Below, one piece after another: positions 59,518-64,000 of a stretch of 64,000 nucleotides of DNA (positions within the stretch are counted from its first letter, which is position 1; the number at the start of each line of letters is the position of its first letter). The notes under the pieces are model-generated. The model worked only from the letters and a program-made list of their open reading frames with translations. It had not been told where the DNA came from and ran no database searches. The translations under genes were made by a program, and so were the position numbers. The stretch comes from Candidatus Omnitrophota bacterium (GTDB taxonomy: Bacteria > Omnitrophota > Gorgyraeia > Zapsychrales > JAHFFX01), in contig JAHFFW010000003.1 in NCBI GenBank assembly GCA_023247725.1, positions 64,704-128,703 of the forward strand, given 5' to 3'.

Positions 59518-59577
59518 ATTGTCTAAAATTATAAACCACACAATGGGGTAGTTTGTCTATAGATGTCTGAGTGTGTC
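59518..59577. promoter_or_regulatory. TGTC repeats upstream of second sigma54 promoter
   Basis: CATTGT-N16-ACAATG inverted repeat; TGTC at 59554, 59564, 59574 (10-bp period). Confidence 0.5.
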
Positions 59578-59673
59578 ATAGGTTGGGAAGATTTTTCCAT
59601 TTCATTGTTCCTATAACTATAAGTGCCACAAGTAATTAAATAAATATTGAATTCTAAAAATGCAATCCAACCT

Positions 59674-59689
59674 TGGCATAGAAGTTGCT
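59674..59689 (+). promoter_or_regulatory. sigma54 -24/-12 promoter of PEP-CTERM operon
   Basis: TGGCATAGAAGTTGCT. Confidence 0.8.
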
Positions 59690-59756
59690 TATATAAGGAT
59701 GCGTTGTTGTATAGGAAAAGAATTTCAACTTTTTGAACCCTACAACTCATTACACT

Positions 59757-60605
59757 ATGCAACCATCCAAACTGAACTCCCCAAGGTATCTGGTAATAAG
59801 TCTTCTTTTACTGATGGTCTTTGGTTCTTTACCGAGACAGGCAGAGGCCGTGACTTTTGTAAAGCCACAGGACGCTCGCCTCGTAATTGCAGAGGGGAAG
59901 ATTAATGAAATTCCAGAAAATTTGCCTTCCGAGTCTAAATCTCATGCCCCTGAACCTGCGACTCTAGCTTTGTTTGGCAGCGGAATCTTTGGAATGATCG
60001 TTAGTTTTTTGAAGAGGGCTTATTTGGTTGCCAAAAGAATTTTTGATATAATCGTGTCTTTATTAGGCATTTTAATTCTATCGCCTTTATTTCTTCTGGC
60101 TGCAATTCTTATCAAAAGCTCATCCAAGGGGCCGATTCTCTATAAACAAATTCGGGTTGGCCAAAAGGGGAAACTCTTTGAAATTTACAAATTTCGCTCT
60201 ATGAAAATGGATGCGGAAAAGGAGTGCGGGCCAGTCTGGGCCAAGAAAGATGATGACCGCTTGATTACGGTAGGAAAATTTTTAAGAATGAGTCGAATTG
60301 ATGAGTTGCCCCAATTTTTCAATATCCTCAAGGGCGATATGAGCTTGATCGGTCCTAGGCCCGAACGGCCGGTTTTTGTGGAAAAGTTTAAAGAAATGAT
60401 CCCAGATTACGAAAAGCGATTATTGGTTAAGCCAGGGATCACCGGTTTAGCCCAGGTTTGGCATAAGTACGATGAAACCATTAAGGATGTACGTAAAAAG
60501 ATCAAATACGATGTTCTTTACATTAAGAAACTGAATTTTGGGACTGATGTGAGAATTTTTTTGAGAACCTTTCTGGTCGTTTTAACAGGGCAGGGGGCCC
60601 AATAG
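59757..60605 (+). CDS. Priming phosphoglycosyltransferase (PglC/WcaJ catalytic domain) fused behind a signal peptide and internal PEP-CTERM motif
   Basis: AEA| signal; HAPEPATLALFGSGIFGMIVSFLKR; then KRIFD...SP, YKFRSM, SRIDELPQ, GDMSLIGPRPE, KPGITGLAQV. Confidence 0.88.
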   Translation: MQPSKLNSPRYLVISLLLLMVFGSLPRQAEAVTFVKPQDARLVIAEGKINEIPENLPSESKSHAPEPATLALFGSGIFGMIVSFLKRAYLVAKRIFDIIVSLLGILILSPLFLLAAILIKSSSKGPILYKQIRVGQKGKLFEIYKFRSMKMDAEKECGPVWAKKDDDRLITVGKFLRMSRIDELPQFFNILKGDMSLIGPRPERPVFVEKFKEMIPDYEKRLLVKPGITGLAQVWHKYDETIKDVRKKIKYDVLYIKKLNFGTDVRIFLRTFLVVLTGQGAQ

Positions 60606-60686
60606 TCCACGGCATAATAGCCATTAAGACTTATGGAGAATTTTGATTAATTGGTTGTAGGTTTTAAAGATTGAAAGGAGAAAAAG

Positions 60687-61553
60687 ATGAAAAAGTCATT
60701 CATTACAATTGGGGCATTGCTCATCTGCACAGCTCCAGTTTGGGCTCAGCCTTTTTCCGCGCCCATGGGCAGCGATACCTACGGAATCAGTCAAGGAGGA
60801 GCCAATAATCTTTTGATCCCGACGCCTAACGACGATAACGATAATCCCGGGCCTTATGGCGGAACCCCTTATACTCTAGGTGGAGGACCCAATCCGGCTG
60901 ACATCAATGACGCTATCAATCTATTATTGGGCACAAACTATGTCCATAATTCCGACGTGGATTTTCTTCGCCATACTGGACCGGATAATGCCTGGCAGGA
61001 TTTAAGTTCCCAAAATCAACAGGGACCTTTCGTTTTTATTTCGTTAACCGCAGATTTTACTAACAGCCTTTATACATACGACGTCGGTGATCCGACCACT
61101 CTTTATCAAGTCATTCCCGGCCAGACAGGATACGGTTTTGTGGGTGACGGAAGCGCAGGAAAGCCGTTTGTTGGCGGGGTCAATCCTTTATCGTCAAACA
61201 ATTTTGGCTGGGCTCTGGTGAGTGATTATAATGGCACGGAATATATTTGGGATTCTAACCCGGCGTTCAATCCGGATGATTTAGATCACATGCTAACCTA
61301 TCATTTGGCTAACCTCCAGGGTCGTACCGTTTATGTCGATGTCGATGGAAATATTCAGCAATATAAATTTAACGATCCTTACCTTTTGGCTTGGGAAGAC
61401 CTTCCATTACGAAATGGTAAACTTGGGGACGAAGATTACGACGATTCCATATTTCTGGTTGATCGAGTTCGGCCTATACCAGAACCCATCAGTTTAGTCT
61501 TATTGGCCAGTGGCTTCATGGGAATGATCGGATTGAAAAGAAAAATAGGATAA
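60687..61553 (+). CDS. PEP-CTERM sorting-domain protein
   Basis: Signal peptide VWA|; WEDL...DEDYDD acidic motif; IPEPISLVLLASGFMGMIGLKRK. Confidence 0.88.
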   Translation: MKKSFITIGALLICTAPVWAQPFSAPMGSDTYGISQGGANNLLIPTPNDDNDNPGPYGGTPYTLGGGPNPADINDAINLLLGTNYVHNSDVDFLRHTGPDNAWQDLSSQNQQGPFVFISLTADFTNSLYTYDVGDPTTLYQVIPGQTGYGFVGDGSAGKPFVGGVNPLSSNNFGWALVSDYNGTEYIWDSNPAFNPDDLDHMLTYHLANLQGRTVYVDVDGNIQQYKFNDPYLLAWEDLPLRNGKLGDEDYDDSIFLVDRVRPIPEPISLVLLASGFMGMIGLKRKIG

Positions 61554-61597
61554 ACTGATCGAAGCAAGGATCAAAAATTCAAAAGGAGAAAAATCTC

Positions 61598-61927
61598 ATG
61601 ATTAGTAAGCTCATCCGCAATGCCAATGTAGCTATCCTTAGCGTGCTTCTACCTTACATCTATGGTTGCTCTGGGGGGGGAGGTGGGGGTGGCAATTCAC
61701 TTTCCGAACTTTTGGGACCAGGAGCAGGAACTGGCGCGGGAGCAACGACTGCAGGAGCCGGCAGCGGGATCGATGCTGGTTTTCTTGCTTCGAGTTTATC
61801 TACCTCGAGCGAAGGCTTAGGAAACCATATTGCTTCAATCCATAATCCTGAGCCAACAACCATGGCCTTATTAGGTTCTGGCATTATGGCCATGGCCTTT
61901 TTAATGAATAAAAGCAAAAAATCATAA
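61598..61927 (+). CDS. Small Gly-rich PEP-CTERM protein with lipobox-like N-terminus
   Basis: AAGGAG RBS; IYG|C24-SGGGGGGG; HNPEPTTMALLGSGIMAMAFLMNKSKKS. Confidence 0.8.
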   Translation: MISKLIRNANVAILSVLLPYIYGCSGGGGGGGNSLSELLGPGAGTGAGATTAGAGSGIDAGFLASSLSTSSEGLGNHIASIHNPEPTTMALLGSGIMAMAFLMNKSKKS

Positions 61928-61954
61928 TTTAGTATTCTAAATTGAAAAAATTAT

Positions 61955-61994
61955 AAAATAAGGCAGGTTTAAAACACAACCTGCCTTATTTTTT
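61955..61994 (+). terminator. Intrinsic (bidirectional-type) terminator
   Basis: AAAATAAGGCAGGTT-loop-AACCTGCCTTATTTTTT. Confidence 0.85.
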
Positions 61995-62199
61995 GGCTGG
62001 TTTCCGGAATTGGTCTATAGGTTGATTTTAAATTTTAGATTGGGAAAGCTTTTTGACTCTTTCGACGGTGCCTTAACACTCGCTTACTTCTAAGCACCGC
62101 TTTTTAGAGCCCACAACCCTAGACTTCCTCAACTTCCGCTCGTTTAGGCTCGGCAGGCCCATTTTGCTGCCGGCCTACCATGACTGGGCCGTCGAAGTG

Positions 62200-62227
62200 T
62201 TGACATTGGCGCAAGCTGTGCTAGAAT
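62200..62227 (+). promoter_or_regulatory. Putative promoter (sigma70-like, overlapping weak sigma54-like site)
   Basis: TTGACA-16-TAGAAT; TGGCGCAAGCTGTGCT at 62207. Confidence 0.4.
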
Positions 62228-62276
62228 CTCCGTAAGTTATTGTTTTAAAGTAGTTTGCGAAAATTCAAAGGCCCCT

Positions 62277-63149
62277 ATGACACCGGAACGCTCTGCCAAA
62301 AATGTCATTGATTTAATTCGTTTCTCACTAAACACCTTATTTCAAAATCCCCTCATCGCCTACCCGTTTGTTATCATTGCCTTTATCCAACTGTTTGTTT
62401 TAGAAATTTTTTATTTCGCTCCTCGTTATCCTTTGTCCATTTTTTTTGGGCCTTTGATCCGAACCCTTTATGGAGAGGGCTATTTGCATTATCCTTACAA
62501 TTTTATCCTTCTACCAAAGATGTTCCAATATGCACAAATCTTTATTTATATTTTTATCAGTAGTTTCTTGATCGCCGTATCGGTTGCTACAATCGAATAT
62601 ATCAACAATGACAAAAAAGTTACTTTTGGCATGATGGTCAAAAAAATGCTTCCCCAATACGTTCACATTTGTTTGGCTTCAATTTTCATGTTTATGGCCA
62701 TCTTTGGCTTCTTGAAACTTTATGGGCTTGCCTATGACCGTGCGTCTCTTATCCAATCCACTTCCGGAAAATTTTACCTGATCAAAAGACTCGTCATGGA
62801 GGGAGCCTCCTATATTACGGTATTGATTCAGATTTTAGTGACGACAATTTTTGCTTATGTCATCACGCTCATTGCCATTGAAAAACGCAAAGTCTTCAGT
62901 GCACTTTGGAAAAATTTCCGTTACCTGCGCACGACATTCTTTTTTATTTTTTCGATGGTTTTAATTCCGACCTTATTTTATCTACCAGTCTTAGTATTGC
63001 GAGACAATATGCCCATCTTGGGCAACGGAATGTTTCCAAGTTTAAGGGGGTGGGTGATCGTTTTAAGCATCCTGGTTTTGACGGCCATTGATTCCATCAT
63101 TTATACTGCGGTGACCAGTTTTTATTTGTTGAAACAGGAACATCGATGA
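62277..63149 (+). CDS. Polytopic membrane hypothetical protein
   Basis: 290-aa ORF with ~6 hydrophobic segments. Confidence 0.7.
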   Translation: MTPERSAKNVIDLIRFSLNTLFQNPLIAYPFVIIAFIQLFVLEIFYFAPRYPLSIFFGPLIRTLYGEGYLHYPYNFILLPKMFQYAQIFIYIFISSFLIAVSVATIEYINNDKKVTFGMMVKKMLPQYVHICLASIFMFMAIFGFLKLYGLAYDRASLIQSTSGKFYLIKRLVMEGASYITVLIQILVTTIFAYVITLIAIEKRKVFSALWKNFRYLRTTFFFIFSMVLIPTLFYLPVLVLRDNMPILGNGMFPSLRGWVIVLSILVLTAIDSIIYTAVTSFYLLKQEHR

Positions 63150-64000
63150 AGAAATCAGTTTTGGTCATGTTGGGAATCTTGGTTGGGGTTTTTTTATTGT
63201 TTTCTCTTCTAGATCGTAACGGCGAATATGGTGCCGAACAATTGATGTGGTTAACAACTCACCGTTTGCAAGAATTTTCGCATGACCCCAAGTCCGTTCC
63301 CGATCAAGCGTTCGATGCTTTAGAAAAGAATTTCGAGGCCATTATCAAACGCGATCCTCAGTCTGAGCTAGCCTTGCAAGCCTATTTGTCCATTGGCCGG
63401 ATCTATTTGGTGAAAAGGTCATATGGAATTGCTCGACAAAAAATCGAAGAAGGTTTAAACCGGTATCCGCAACGCCCTGACTTTTGCGCCCTAGCATTAT
63501 CGTTTATTGGTCGCACGTATGAACTCGAAGAGGATTTGCCTCAGGCCTTAAGGATTTATAAGCGCCTTGTGAATGAATATCCCCAGACCCCCGTTGGACT
63601 AGAAATGCCTCTGTATATAGGACAGATTTATGAAAGGGAGGGGGCCCAAGCAAAGGCCCAGACTACTTATTCGCAAGCCATTGATCACTATCGCCAACTG
63701 GCCGATGAACATCCAGATTCTGATTTGGAAATAAGAAGTCTACGGATGTTGGCCAATACTTATATCGGTCTGCAGAAATGGCAAGAGGCCGTCGATACCT
63801 TGGGTGAAGTTCTCATTAAATCGGGACCCAATCAGTACCTGGACTCATCGCAGGTCAATTTAATATTGAGGTCAATCAACACCATTTCAATCGTGGAACT
63901 AAAAAATTATACAGTTCCTAAAAAAATTTACAAAGAATATATTCGTCGTCATCCTCAAGACGGTTTAAGTCGAGTAATAAAGGAGCTCATCAAAGGGTTG
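63146..64000 (+). CDS. Exported TPR-repeat protein, 3' truncated by window edge
   Basis: ATGA overlap; MKKSVLVMLGILVG...; TPR-like units (AYLSIGRIY, ALSFIGRTYE, YKRLVNEYPQT); frame open to end. Confidence 0.75.
   Translation, partial: MKKSVLVMLGILVGVFLLFSLLDRNGEYGAEQLMWLTTHRLQEFSHDPKSVPDQAFDALEKNFEAIIKRDPQSELALQAYLSIGRIYLVKRSYGIARQKIEEGLNRYPQRPDFCALALSFIGRTYELEEDLPQALRIYKRLVNEYPQTPVGLEMPLYIGQIYEREGAQAKAQTTYSQAIDHYRQLADEHPDSDLEIRSLRMLANTYIGLQKWQEAVDTLGEVLIKSGPNQYLDSSQVNLILRSINTISIVELKNYTVPKKIYKEYIRRHPQDGLSRVIKELIKGL

Overview
Bacterial chromosomal window with nearly all genes on the + strand. The gene complement suggests a diderm, possibly PVC-group/Omnitrophota-like organism; this is inference only. 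(1) 1-7.5 kb: type IV pilus cluster (secretin, MshEN-PilB, PilC, six prepilins and a headless pilin fragment) ending at tRNA-Ala(CGC). (2) 7.6-23.6 kb: housekeeping block (rsmE, membrane GT-TPR, recA-degP-recX-alaS, hisDBHAFI, hemBL, DUF3568-like lipoprotein, cupin). (3) 23.7-62 kb: a ~38 kb exopolysaccharide/PEP-CTERM-exosortase locus. rpoN is divergent from a sigma54 promoter that heads a small MerR/BldC-like HTH gene, wza, split wzc, an ExeA-like ATPase, an epimerase, wzm/wzt, about ten glycosyltransferases, a ligase/polymerase, a GH-like protein and a deacetylase. These are followed by a c-di-GMP-I riboswitch-controlled Cys-rich secreted protein, a minor-pilin triad, exosortase and epsI, and a second sigma54 operon of three PEP-motif proteins. 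Most striking: a priming phosphoglycosyltransferase with an N-terminal signal peptide plus an INTERNAL PEP-CTERM sorting signal; a tiny Gly-rich protein with both a lipobox-like N-terminus and a PEP-CTERM; 10-bp-phased TGTC repeats at both sigma54 promoters; a pilS-like headless pilin cassette; and several palindromic or short-repeat inserts, some in frame within genes. All calls are by eye from motifs; no database searches were run.
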